A stretch of 64,000 nucleotides of DNA, from contig OZ059897.1 in the NCBI GenBank assembly GCA_964057225.1, positions 15,314,001-15,378,000 on the forward strand, read 5' to 3'. The translations under genes were made by a program, and so were the position numbers. The notes under the pieces are model-generated. The model was given only the letters and a program-made list of their open reading frames with translations. It was not told the origin of the DNA and did not search any database. Shown piece after piece: positions 41,091-55,600 of the stretch (position 1 is the first letter of the stretch; each line of letters opens with the position of its first letter). This DNA comes from Auanema rhodensis (Eukaryota > Animalia > Nematoda).

Positions 41091-42559
41091 GATGATGCAT
41101 GAAATGCCTCCTTGTCCAGAAAAATATTTTTCAAAATTGACAATTTTTACTTAAAAATCTGTGAATGAGAAAAAATGAAAAGATTAGAATGAAAGTTGTC
41201 AAATACATAGATATTTGGAAATAAATGAGAACAACGTCTTCCACTACTATTGATTTGGATGAGATGGATGCCAATAATGGAAGCGACATCATCTAAATAA
41301 TGAAATGGAATAAAAGTAGTTACAAAGAAAATGTTTTTTTTCTTTTAAAATATAAAATATAATAAAAAAAAAGAATATATATATATATATATATAAACGT
41401 ATATACAAATATTAAGGAAAATCATTAATCAATGATGAACTGATTGAATGATTGGGTAAAATTCCAGCCAATTAAATGAAGAAATCAAGTCTATTTCGTT
41501 AATCTATAGTATATGTTGTAAAGAAACAAAAAATGAATGAAAAAATTGAAAAGTTTGATTGTAAATGTTAAAGATATCTATCTATATGTATTTACTAGAT
41601 TATAGAATATAAAATATTTAAATGTATATATATGTATATGTAAATATTTTGTTTTTTTCTTATTTAAGCTTAAATATAATAAAAAAATAAAATAAAATCT
41701 AAGGAAGGATCAAAGATTATAAAATATTTTTCTTTGTGTCCATTTTCATTCACTTTTAGACTATACATATATAGTTAAATATGATTATAGTATTACTGTT
41801 TCAATAACATTTGAAATAAGTTTTGAGGAGAAAAAAAAGAAAAATAAGTTATAGGAAAAGATAATATTAGTCATCATTATAACAAGTAATTGATATATAC
41901 TATTTGAGAGATATTATAAACCTTTTGTTAAATAAAAAATGTTTCAAAACAATCAATGTAAAAGAAGAAAAATCTATATATATTTGGTCATAATATTTAC
42001 AAGATCAGTATGATTTTATCATCTTTTTCTTTCTTTTTTATTTTGATATAAAAACACTTCAATAAAACAAAATCTTTAATAGTATAGAAATATATATGTA
42101 TATATAGTAAAGTAAAATATACATATATAGAGTAAAGAAAAAGGTAAAAAAACCAAAAAAGTGATAAAGAGGTATCTTGTTTAAACAGACGATTGAGTTC
42201 TAAACTATGGGAGACGAGAGTTAAAGAGATGAGAGTTGAAGTTAAAAGAAAAAAATATTTGACAGCTGAGGGGGTGAAAGGTGATAGGGAGATTGTTCAG
42301 ATGATAATCCTCAAATAAATTTCCTATGCTACATCTTTTTGAGGAGAAAAAGGTGTCGTAGATAAGATGATTGGGTTCCGGAACATCTCACGTAAAGCGA
42401 AAGGACAAATATGAACAAACTAAGTATATGACACATTTCTCTTCATGATTTGTATAAAGCAGAATGTGATAAGAACAAAACTGAAAAAGGAGTTAAAAGG
42501 ATAAAAGGAAAAGATTTATCTATAGTTTATAAGAAGAAAGATGTATAAAGAAGGCCAAT

Positions 42560-42597
<38 letters not shown>

Positions 42598-44151
42598 AAG
42601 TAAATGACAGAGAAAGATGAAGCAATGGGAAAAAGGAAGAGAATGACGGTATTATGGAGAAGAAAAACCAGAACCAATCAGAAAAACTTTGAGAGGCTAG
42701 GTGGATAAGGATTCAGGAATTGTTCATCAACGTGAGGAAATTGTCTTGTATAGCAGAAAAAATGAATTGTGGGTAGATAAAACCTTGACAAAGGCAGTGA
42801 ATAGAAAACAAATCGAATCAAATAGCAAATGATAGTGAATGTTGAGGTGTTTTAACAATCTCTTTCTTCTTACTTTCGTCATTTCCTTTCTATGGTAACT
42901 AAAAGGAAAATAAAGGTTACCAAGGAGTTTAAGTACAATAAATAAAAAAAAAAGAAAATGAGGAAAGTATAAGTAATAGAAAAAGCTTTGGAAAATGAAG
43001 AATTACTTTTGAAAATTCAATGCAAGCTTAATGATCATCAAGTACTGAATATTGAACATTGTCGTTCAGACTAAGGATTAAGAGAAGCGAAAATTAAATT
43101 ATATACTATATAGAATAGTTAGATATACTATGTATGTATATGAATATAAAATGAGAAAAGAATAGTATAAAATCATTAAATATTTAAATATTTTCATATA
43201 GAAAATGAAAATAAATAATCAGTTTTTATAAAAAAGAAATATAAAAAGAAATATTATAGTTTGAAACAAATTTTTATGACAAATCTCATGTTCAAATATA
43301 TTCCGATAAAGTATGATGAGATTGTAAAGGGTGTGGTAGGGCTATAAAGAGTATTTTTGAAGTGAAAAACCTGTTAGATTGATATGTTGTATCTCTTGGG
43401 GTTATCCACCAAAAAATATATATATATTTCTCATTAATTCTTATTATTCTATTGATAGATATTAAACTTTATTTGGATAAAATAAATAAACAAAAATAAT
43501 AAAAATATTGAAGTAAATAGAAATATTATATTCTTCATCTTATTTATAATTTAAATATTAAAATAAATATATGATTTATATAAAAATAAAGATTAAATAT
43601 AATATTATAAAGATAGAGAGAGAGAGAGAGGAGAAAGAGAGAGAGATGAGATGGAATTGAGGAAAAAAAAGAATAAAAGAAGAACAGTAAGAGCCATATA
43701 CAAGACTAGATTCAAACAAACACTGTAGGTGGTTATACTTTTTTGTACAAAAAAAACTTTGAGGGAAAAAATGAGGAAACAGATTAAGAGGATTGAAGCT
43801 TACTCATAAATGCTGTAATGGAATAGAACATAATAAAAAAGATTTTGAATGAATAAAAGTTGGTGAGGATTGCGTTAGAGAATTGAAGCGCTATGAGAGT
43901 ATATAGGATGATGTAGAGTGGATGATGTCTTCTAGACAGTGATGCGCGATTATAAGAAACAACTAGTATTGTAATAAAGAGAAGAGGTAATATTGAGATA
44001 TATGTCAATAACAAATAAGTGTCAGTTGCCTTTTAACATATTTAATCGAAAGAAAGAAAGAAAGAAAGATATAGTATTAAAGAGAATAAGCTGTGAAATA
44101 CAGAAGATATATAACTATATGATGTGATTGAAAGAGAGAGAGAGAGAAAGC

Positions 44152-44183
<32 letters not shown>

Positions 44184-44773
44184 ATAGATTTGAGGTTAAA
44201 AGAAGGAAAAAAGATGAGAAACTATAGAATGATTAAACGATGAAGACTACAGAGAATCAACTTTCACTCAATTCATTTATATAAATTACTCATATTACAA
44301 AAGATAAAATAAGAAATAATACAGTAAAATATTATTTGAAATCCAACATATATGGTTTAGAAGATTCTATTAAATCTTAAAAATAAATAAATATAAAAGA
44401 TTAAAAAGTTCTTTAAGAATCTAAGTAATAATCTATAAAATTTTAATCAAACAAAAATAAAAAAATTAATAGTTAGTTAACTAACTATTAATTTTTTTAT
44501 TTTTGTTTGATTAAAATTTTATAGATTATTACTTAGATTCTTAAAGAACTTTTTAATCTTTTATATTTATTTATTTTTAAGATTTAATAGAATCTTCTAA
44601 ACCATATATGTTGGATTTCAAATAATATTTTACTGTATTATTTCTTATTTTATCTTTTGTAATATGAGTAATTTATATAAATGAATTGAGTGAAAGTTGA
44701 TTCTCTGTAGTCTTCATCGTTTAATCATTCTATAGTTTCTCATCTTTTTTCCTTCTTTTAACCTCAAATCTAT

Positions 44774-44805
<32 letters not shown>

Positions 44806-46359
44806 GCTTTCTCTCTCTCTCTCTTTCAATCACATCATATAGTTATATATCTTCTGTATTTCACAGCTTATTCTCTTTAATACTATATCTTTCTTTCTTT
44901 CTTTCTTTCGATTAAATATGTTAAAAGGCAACTGACACTTATTTGTTATTGACATATATCTCAATATTACCTCTTCTCTTTATTACAATACTAGTTGTTT
45001 CTTATAATCGCGCATCACTGTCTAGAAGACATCATCCACTCTACATCATCCTATATACTCTCATAGCGCTTCAATTCTCTAACGCAATCCTCACCAACTT
45101 TTATTCATTCAAAATCTTTTTTATTATGTTCTATTCCATTACAGCATTTATGAGTAAGCTTCAATCCTCTTAATCTGTTTCCTCATTTTTTCCCTCAAAG
45201 TTTTTTTTGTACAAAAAAGTATAACCACCTACAGTGTTTGTTTGAATCTAGTCTTGTATATGGCTCTTACTGTTCTTCTTTTATTCTTTTTTTTCCTCAA
45301 TTCCATCTCATCTCTCTCTCTTTCTCCTCTCTCTCTCTCTCTATCTTTATAATATTATATTTAATCTTTATTTTTATATAAATCATATATTTATTTTAAT
45401 ATTTAAATTATAAATAAGATGAAGAATATAATATTTCTATTTACTTCAATATTTTTATTATTTTTGTTTATTTATTTTATCCAAATAAAGTTTAATATCT
45501 ATCAATAGAATAATAAGAATTAATGAGAAATATATATATATTTTTTGGTGGATAACCCCAAGAGATACAACATATCAATCTAACAGGTTTTTCACTTCAA
45601 AAATACTCTTTATAGCCCTACCACACCCTTTACAATCTCATCATACTTTATCGGAATATATTTGAACATGAGATTTGTCATAAAAATTTGTTTCAAACTA
45701 TAATATTTCTTTTTATATTTCTTTTTTATAAAAACTGATTATTTATTTTCATTTTCTATATGAAAATATTTAAATATTTAATGATTTTATACTATTCTTT
45801 TCTCATTTTATATTCATATACATACATAGTATATCTAACTATTCTATATAGTATATAATTTAATTTTCGCTTCTCTTAATCCTTAGTCTGAACGACAATG
45901 TTCAATATTCAGTACTTGATGATCATTAAGCTTGCATTGAATTTTCAAAAGTAATTCTTCATTTTCCAAAGCTTTTTCTATTACTTATACTTTCCTCATT
46001 TTCTTTTTTTTTTATTTATTGTACTTAAACTCCTTGGTAACCTTTATTTTCCTTTTAGTTACCATAGAAAGGAAATGACGAAAGTAAGAAGAAAGAGATT
46101 GTTAAAACACCTCAACATTCACTATCATTTGCTATTTGATTCGATTTGTTTTCTATTCACTGCCTTTGTCAAGGTTTTATCTACCCACAATTCATTTTTT
46201 CTGCTATACAAGACAATTTCCTCACGTTGATGAACAATTCCTGAATCCTTATCCACCTAGCCTCTCAAAGTTTTTCTGATTGGTTCTGGTTTTTCTTCTC
46301 CATAATACCGTCATTCTCTTCCTTTTTCCCATTGCTTCATCTTTCTCTGTCATTTACTT

Positions 46360-46397
<38 letters not shown>

Positions 46398-47866
46398 ATT
46401 GGCCTTCTTTATACATCTTTCTTCTTATAAACTATAGATAAATCTTTTCCTTTTATCCTTTTAACTCCTTTTTCAGTTTTGTTCTTATCACATTCTGCTT
46501 TATACAAATCATGAAGAGAAATGTGTCATATACTTAGTTTGTTCATATTTGTCCTTTCGCTTTACGTGAGATGTTCCGGAACCCAATCATCTTATCTACG
46601 ACACCTTTTTCTCCTCAAAAAGATGTAGCATAGGAAATTTATTTGAGGATTATCATCTGAACAATCTCCCTATCACCTTTCACCCCCTCAGCTGTCAAAT
46701 ATTTTTTTCTTTTAACTTCAACTCTCATCTCTTTAACTCTCGTCTCCCATAGTTTAGAACTCAATCGTCTGTTTAAACAAGATACCTCTTTATCACTTTT
46801 TTGGTTTTTTTACCTTTTTCTTTACTCTATATATGTATATTTTACTTTACTATATATACATATATATTTCTATACTATTAAAGATTTTGTTTTATTGAAG
46901 TGTTTTTATATCAAAATAAAAAAGAAAGAAAAAGATGATAAAATCATACTGATCTTGTAAATATTATGACCAAATATATATAGATTTTTCTTCTTTTACA
47001 TTGATTGTTTTGAAACATTTTTTATTTAACAAAAGGTTTATAATATCTCTCAAATAGTATATATCAATTACTTGTTATAATGATGACTAATATTATCTTT
47101 TCCTATAACTTATTTTTCTTTTTTTTCTCCTCAAAACTTATTTCAAATGTTATTGAAACAGTAATACTATAATCATATTTAACTATATATGTATAGTCTA
47201 AAAGTGAATGAAAATGGACACAAAGAAAAATATTTTATAATCTTTGATCCTTCCTTAGATTTTATTTTATTTTTTTATTATATTTAAGCTTAAATAAGAA
47301 AAAAACAAAATATTTACATATACATATATATACATTTAAATATTTTATATTCTATAATCTAGTAAATACATATAGATAGATATCTTTAACATTTACAATC
47401 AAACTTTTCAATTTTTTCATTCATTTTTTGTTTCTTTACAACATATACTATAGATTAACGAAATAGACTTGATTTCTTCATTTAATTGGCTGGAATTTTA
47501 CCCAATCATTCAATCAGTTCATCATTGATTAATGATTTTCCTTAATATTTGTATATACGTTTATATATATATATATATATATTCTTTTTTTTTATTATAT
47601 TTTATATTTTAAAAGAAAAAAAACATTTTCTTTGTAACTACTTTTATTCCATTTCATTATTTAGATGATGTCGCTTCCATTATTGGCATCCATCTCATCC
47701 AAATCAATAGTAGTGGAAGACGTTGTTCTCATTTATTTCCAAATATCTATGTATTTGACAACTTTCATTCTAATCTTTTCATTTTTTCTCATTCACAGAT
47801 TTTTAAGTAAAAATTGTCAATTTTGAAAAATATTTTTCTGGACAAGGAGGCATTTCATGCATCATC
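41091..47866. repeat. Giant palindrome 2: 3388-bp arms, no spacer (apex 44478/44479, ...tagttagtt|aactaacta...)
   Basis: Mirror ORFs 43784..44014 and 44943..45173 sum to 88957. Symmetry ends exactly at 41091/47866. Confidence 0.95.
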
Positions 47867-49637
47867 AAACAAGCTTTTTTTATCATTTTTCATATATACT
47901 CTTTCTTTTCTTTTTTTCTCTCCAACTCTCTCTTTCTCTCTTCTTGTCACAAGTTTTATAGTTTTGATAGAATTTTTTATTTAAGAATAAGTTTTATTTT
48001 TCAATTATGAATTCTTGTATAAGAATATATTCTGAAAAATCAAGATTATTTGACCAGTAGACGTTTGAAACCATGACAATTACTTGATTTTCGTCTGTCT
48101 TAGTAAACTGTTCTGAAATTGTTCAATCAGGTTTTACAGTTGGCAAACTACTCTCGTATTTTCTCTCGTTATTTTCTTTCTCTCTATTACTCTCTCGTAT
48201 CTTTGTTTCTCTCTATTACTCCCTGTCCATCGTTTTCAAGATGAGTTTCTGTCAAAGTTTACCTGAATAGGCTTATACTAGTTAGTAGGCTTACAAACAA
48301 GTAAATGACCCTTCCATATAATAAATTAACGGGTGTCACATCACACTAATTTTGAATTATTTGATGTCTAATTTCACACTCTGAAACCTAAATATTACAA
48401 TTATTCTCATTTTTCTGGATTTTATGGCTTTTACCATACAAGAATTGTTAAACATTAAAGTTTTTCACAAGAATATTAAATATTTAAACGAAAGTCGAAT
48501 TACCAGTTCATATCAACAAGAGGTTCAAGTCACTCTAACTGAAGCTTAAACATATATATATAAAGCATTTCATGAACAGTTATTCCTTTTCAATTACTTC
48601 TCTGATCATTTGATTAAAAAATAAATTTTTATTTTAATTAAATAATTTTCTTTTCAAGACTATTTCTCTATTTAAATTTTTTATTTATTTCTTCTGATTT
48701 TTAGTTTATTTGCTATTCTATATATACTATATACATATATCTTTCTTTTATATTTTTAAAATTATTTTATTCTAATTTAATCATTTTTTAGTTTTTTTTC
48801 TAATAAGAAAATCAGTTTAACATGAAAATTCTCTTCATTTTTCATGTTAATAGCTGTTTTGCTCATGTTTCGCCATGTATTCTCAACGTTTTTATCACAA
48901 ATATTCTTGTTACATGTTGATTTATTTCGAATTCATCAGATTATAACTGAAATTTAACATTCAAGATGATTAAATACATCAACATCATCCTTGTTTCTGT
49001 CGCTATCATCCATATTAATATCATTAAACTGTCGACCACTAGTTCTGAGCTTTTCCTCATTTGTACACTTTTTTCCAGCTCGGGCGTTGCTTAAACTGAA
49101 TTTAGCATCTATATTATATTTCTTCCTCTTTGTCGTCATCATTGCTGCTGATGGTACTGATGAAAAGTCTCCAGCTCTTTGCTCAGATCATGTTGACCAG
49201 AATCCGAAGCCAAAACAAGTCGAGAAATAGAGAAAGACGGCGGCTTCACCTCCCCCGACGACCTAATCGCTCATGCAACGGCTCCGGTTCCGTTGTCTGA
49301 GCTGCTGCTCTGTATTAGTCAAACTTCTTTTCTCTCTCTTATTTCCTATCTCTTTCTCTTTTTGATTCTTCCTATTGTTTTTCTTTCAAATGCAATTATT
49401 ATTTCTGTTTCCAATTCTTCTTTTCTTTCAAAATTTTATGAATTCCCAGCATATTCTTCTCATAAATTCATTTCTATCTCATCATCATTTCCAATCTGTT
49501 CTACTTTTTCCTTATTTTCAGAGAAAAGTGCTTCAAGCAGCACAAGGCCGGCTACATCGCCTTGCCATAGTACTCGGAAGCCAACGAACAAAACGAAATT
49601 CAACGAATAGACGTACCTATACCGCCAAATACGCTTG

Positions 49638-52600
49638 ATGAACAGCTTGCCATCACTTCAATCAGAACCTGGATGCAGTACATCAACATGCTCCAGTTTA
49701 CGCGTTCGAGATTTAGCCAGAAGGTAAGTATTAGCTGATATATGAGTAATCTTTCCATATATATATATTTAGATTTGAACCATGTACTACGAACAATGAT
49801 AAGAAGCCAATACCAACAAAACGTATCGGAAAATTCCGTATGTCTGAAAATGTTCATTCAAGAGCAATGTAAGTAATTTCTATTATATTTATTCTAATCT
49901 CAATAATATTTCTATTAATTAATATAAATATAACAATAATTTTTCTTCTTTTTCTGATTATTTCTTATTTTTTTATAAAATTATATATGATTTATTTGAA
50001 TTTAAATATATTCATATAAGTTCATATTATAATTGAATTTCCTATATGGTCTAGTAACTATGACCTGTTTTCTCATCATTATCTTCTGTTAAATTTCAAA
50101 ATTTCTCCTTTTGCTTATATATAACATGCTGTCTTTTCACTTTTTTAGTTTTGACTTCAAAACTTCTTCTGCTATAGCTGGTTTAGAGATTTTCGTCTAG
50201 CTAATACCCAGTTTTTCTCAATTTTCTTTCCTTTTTTCACAAAAAATGTAATGGTCATCATTAGAAAAGTATTTACATTAACATCTTACAAGAGACTAAT
50301 TCAAAAATAATTATTTGTTATATACTAATCATATCATTTATCCTTTTTTTTTCAATTATTATGCTTTTCTTTCAATTCAAATTTTAATTTATACAAATTA
50401 TATGAATAGCTTATAGTTAGTTAGACCTGTTTCATATATTATGCTAGAATTTGGATCAATCATCTGGCGAGATTAACCTATTCGCTTGACCATTCGCGCA
50501 ATCTGAATAGCCAGTCAGAGTCCCTAACCAGTTAGTTCCCGTTAGTTAGTTAGCTAGTTGCCATGGGGTTTTCGTCCCTTATACATACATCTTGATTACT
50601 AATCCATTCTGCATATACCTTAATCAAAACATAATTTTCTTAATTTATGTTAACTATATGTATAGATTATATAGAAATATTTCATAAATGATCATATTTC
50701 CTTTTTTCTTTTCAGTCAAGCTCCCGTACGCGTTGGTATTGTTCGTAAAAGAAGTTCATTGAAACGAAGATCATCCAGCTCTCAAGAGCTCAACCTCATC
50801 AGAAGTATGTTTCTTTCTATTTTCCACAAAATATTCTCATATTCCCCTTTAGTATTTATTTTTTACTTTTCTTTTCATATATGTTTAAATGGTATTTGTT
50901 GATTTGGATGTATAGCAAGTTCTACAATTTGTTGAAATTTAGTCTTTTGAAAACTTCTTATACATTCATCATCATCCTTCAAATTTACAGTACTTTTCTG
51001 GTTATTAACGTTTCTTTTCCTTTTTTTTCATATAATTTTTGAAGTTTTCTCTCTATCTCTCTATACTCCCAATTCAGATGCTCTATTTCTCTTATACTAT
51101 TCAATTGATTACCAAACATTTTCAAAAAGCAAATATCAATGTTCATCTATTCTTGTTCATTTTTTGTCCTTCCTGAAGTCAGGTTCCTGTTTTCGTTTTT
51201 TTCCTGAAAGAGCAAAACGCTCTGTTTCTGTCTGTTTTACCTGCTTAAATCATCTAATATTCAATTATATTCATTTAAACTCTTTTAATTATATATATAT
51301 ACATAATTATATATATGTTTATATATTATTTACAAATTTATTTATTTTTTATAAACAATTACATTTGAATTTTTCCGACAAAAAGCTTAAAAGTAAGAAT
51401 GCCGATCAAAAGGATTAAGCTATGCTATCTGTATTACACTCTTGTGAACAGATCCATTCAACACAAACTGTTTTCTCTCTTTCTCCCTCTCTCTCTCTCT
51501 ATGTCATTCTCAATCACTTCTCTTAAACTCTTGTTCCTTTTTAGTCTCTCATTCATTCTAGTAAACAGTCCATAAAGAGAATATATACTCGTATGCAAAC
51601 TATCTAGTTTTCTGATGAAACCTATTCTGTTTCATTCCATGGTTCTTCCTCAATTCAAACACTTTATTAGTTTTTTATTTATATGAAATCTCAAAGTTAG
51701 ACCTTTAAATATAATTTTAGGAGAAAGTTCTCTGAGGAAAAGCAATAGTTCAACATTACCTTTATCATCTGGTTCTATAAACGACGATAATCAACGAATT
51801 ACAACAATAGGCTTCAAGTCATTATTACCAAATACATCTTCAACTTCAAATTCTTGTAAATCTGAAGAAACTAAGAAAACAATTAATTTACCAACACCAA
51901 GGTATGTATAGTTTAATTAGACCAATTGAAAATAAAACAAACTTTTTCATCTTCAAGTTTAATTATGCTTTATTTTCTTTAATTATAAATATAATTAGAT
52001 TAATTTGATGTTTATACAACAACTACATGTTGTACGAGTACCATCTGTTCACAGTTATACGAGTTACCTCTCTTATAACATCAAGTGTTAGCTAGCTAGT
52101 GTTGTGTATCTTCTACATATATTCTCATTTCAATTCTTTTTCTTTGCTTTTACGATTAATATTTTCAAAGAATAATATTTCTGCTTTTCTACAATCACTG
52201 ATATCATCAGCTTCGAAAATTTGCCCTTTTTTACTCAGTTTTTGTAGACCGCGAGGATCGAAACCACTACCACCAGCCAAGCCGGCTCGTCTACTCTCTT
52301 CTCCTCTCCCTCCATCATCCTCTGAAACGTCCTCTGAGCCAGTACCGGAAGAGGGAATAGTGTCAGTAGAAGACAGACAGGCAACTTTGCAACCGGAAAG
52401 TTCCGGTTCCGTGAATATTATGTTGATGGTTCCATCAAAGACATCGTACGTTCATGTTTTGTTTTTTTTTTAATTCAAGTATTACATCCCTTTTTTCTGA
52501 TTCAATAATTCTGAAATTATACAAATACTCTTAGTTTTTGCTCTTTAGAACGTTGACGCGACCACGATGTCCACCACCTGCACCTCCGAAACCACCTTCA

Positions 52601-55600
52601 CGTGAGCGTCTTCAACGTATACCCAGCTACCGTACTGCCAACAGCACCAATCAAACTGGGGAGCCCACAGTGCCCAAAGCTCGAGCGTTGCCAAGGTTAG
52701 ACTTAACTTTACAACTTTACTTACACTTTTATTGAATTACCTGTTTAATGTCTTACTTGTAGATTATCTGCGTCATCAGATGACGAGAACTATCAACAGA
52801 TGCCTTGCAGTACAGTTAATTCAAAGCCTCCCAGGAAGCCCATTCGTTTTGAAAAAAGACGACCTTCTGTTAATGAAATACCACGGTAATTGATATTTGA
52901 AATACAATTTCAAAGATATTGAAACATTTCCTCTTAGAACTTTTTTTTAAAAATAAAACTTTATTACATTATGAACCTGTTTACAGTGTTCCATCTATAT
53001 CTCCTCCCAAAACACCTAGTCACGAGTACAGCGACGACTCTCAGTGTTACGAAGAAATTGGAACAGACGAATTCGTTAAGCTACAGGTTTGTACATAACA
53101 TTTATTATCTATCTAACTATATACATTAATGTAATATATTAATGTTAAGGATCAAATATTAATGCAGCCGTCAACATCTGCAGCTTCTCAATCATCTGAG
53201 TCATCATCAACATACTCAACCGGTGTTGCATCTAATACTTCAAACTATAACTATGTTACAAATATAGTTTGTGGAGATACTTCTAGGTATAAATATAAAT
53301 AATAATAATAATATCTTATTAACCTATTCATCTTTGCTTTATCTTGTACAGGTCACAAGATTTTATATTTGCTTTAAATTATTATTTCTTCTAATAATAC
53401 TAAATAACATATATATTTTTCTTGTCTTGTCCTATTTCAACACAAACAAATGTCCTTTTAATTTAAATTTTAATTGTTTTCATATATTTCATAACCTTTT
53501 TGTTTAACATTTCAGTAGACATGCTCCATCATGTACATGTCCATCTTGTGCTGCTTATCCTATTATGTCAACTCATTCCAAACAATCATCATCAACTTCT
53601 TCTGGAAATATCATAACCAGTGGCTCAGCCACATGTCCACGTCGTTTTTCTTCTTCACAAATGTCTGTCCATGCTTTTGATGATCAACATGTCGGATCAT
53701 CACAATCGTCTAAGGCACTCAATTCACAAACGCTTCACTTTGCCACAATGGCTCGGTTAGTCTAGATTAATCTACTAAAATTTGTTTTTAATCAGCTTCG
53801 ATTTGTCTGATTTAATATCTTAAAAAATATTTTATGTTCGACTCATTTTTTTAAAATTTATGTTTTTAAGTTTAATTTTTTTTAGACATAAGTTTTTTTA
53901 TTTTTACTAATAAATTATAATATTTTATAATAATAATTATATTAAAATATTCTTTTAATTCTTAAAATTAAAAATGTTTTAATAATGATTCATTATATAT
54001 GATACATTCATTCAAATATTTAATATTACAGCCCTAAAAAGTCTCGACGACCAGTGAGTACCATTGAATTTGACAAACTTATCAAATTCAAAAGTGAGAT
54101 CCAGCTGAATTTATCAAAAAAGGTACAAACATTATTTTTTTCTTTTTTTTTGAAACATTTCTATTTTTCTTTAAATTACCGAAATATTTTTGATTGTGAT
54201 ATTGTACTTTTCTTATCGTTCAGATGGACCAGTTACGTCAAAAAGTTGGTGATCGACGTCCTCGCTACGGAAATAAAAGTCAATTATCATTTGAACAAGA
54301 CAAGATGTCATCATCCGTACATCAAGACTTATCGTGTTCACATGATCCAGATGATGATCGTTACATATACGGTGATGATTGGAGTTCTGATGAAGGTATG
54401 ATGAACATTGGTTTTCTTAGGACATGTTTGACAAAACAAAAAACATAATTAAATGAATTAATAGTTTTCTTATATATAAATATAATATTTTTAAATTATT
54501 ACTTACTTTAAAATTTTAAAATATTATTTTTTTTATTAGACTTTTCCATAACATTCAAAGATTATATTTCTTTTTTTAACTTTTTTTTTCGATGAAAAAT
54601 AATTTTACACCATAATTAGCTGGCTGCTGCTCTACTTCTAGACAACATAAATTGACATATAGCTTTTTGTGCTTATTGATAATATATAATACAGATATAC
54701 ATATAGATATATTTGCTTATAATATTAAATGACAGTAACCTAAGCTATCTATTACCATATAGTTTAGTTTTAAATATATAAAATATATTTAATTAACTAT
54801 ATATAGAATAAATTATATATATATATATATAGTATAATATAGTATAGTAAAAGCTTTATAATAGTGCAATATAGTATTTTCAATTTTTTTTTGTTAGAAT
54901 ACAGTATTTTCTATCTTCAGTCTTCTTTTCTTCTTCACTCGTAAGATTTCTCTTGATCTCATTTCACAATTCAAAAGATCGTTAAAGAAAGTTTAACTTT
55001 CTTTTGATAAATAACTTCTTCTTCTTCTTCTTCATTATTTTTTATTTTTAATTTGTCTATCCTATCTCTTATTCTTTCAACATTTTTCTTTATTTATTTC
55101 ATCGTTTTTAACTCTTATTGTCTTGTTTCAACTATTTTTATTAACTTTTTCTCTCTCCCTCTCTCTTTCTCTATTATTATTTTAATCCAAATTACAGAAA
55201 ATACCGAGAATGATTCAAAAAAGTTCACGGAAATTCCACACATTTTTGGAATCATTTTTCACATTTCAAATTTTTTGAGAAGCCGAAAACTCTTTATTAA
55301 CTCTGAAAGATTTCCAAAAAGGTTTTCGGACCTCCTAGTCATTGTTAGGCTTGTTTTGATCTATCATTCGAAAAGTTGACCGACTAAACGAAGAAAAGAA
55401 GAAAAGGAAATATCTATATTTTATATTTTTCTTTCTTATTCATCTTGATCATTGCTTTCTTCTTTTCTTTCAAACTTTATATATCAACACCTCTTTCATT
55501 TCAAATTTAAACTTCAATTGTACGATATGTGTTATCTTCTTAGATACCTTTGTACTAAATTTCTTTAATAAGAAAAACTTCAAAATGCTTCCAATAATCT

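Noticed and set aside
32815-47866. Palindromes as foldback or TIR transposons
   Set aside because: There is no transposase, target-site duplication or subterminal repeat. The arms consist of local host sequence, including a lysozyme exon.
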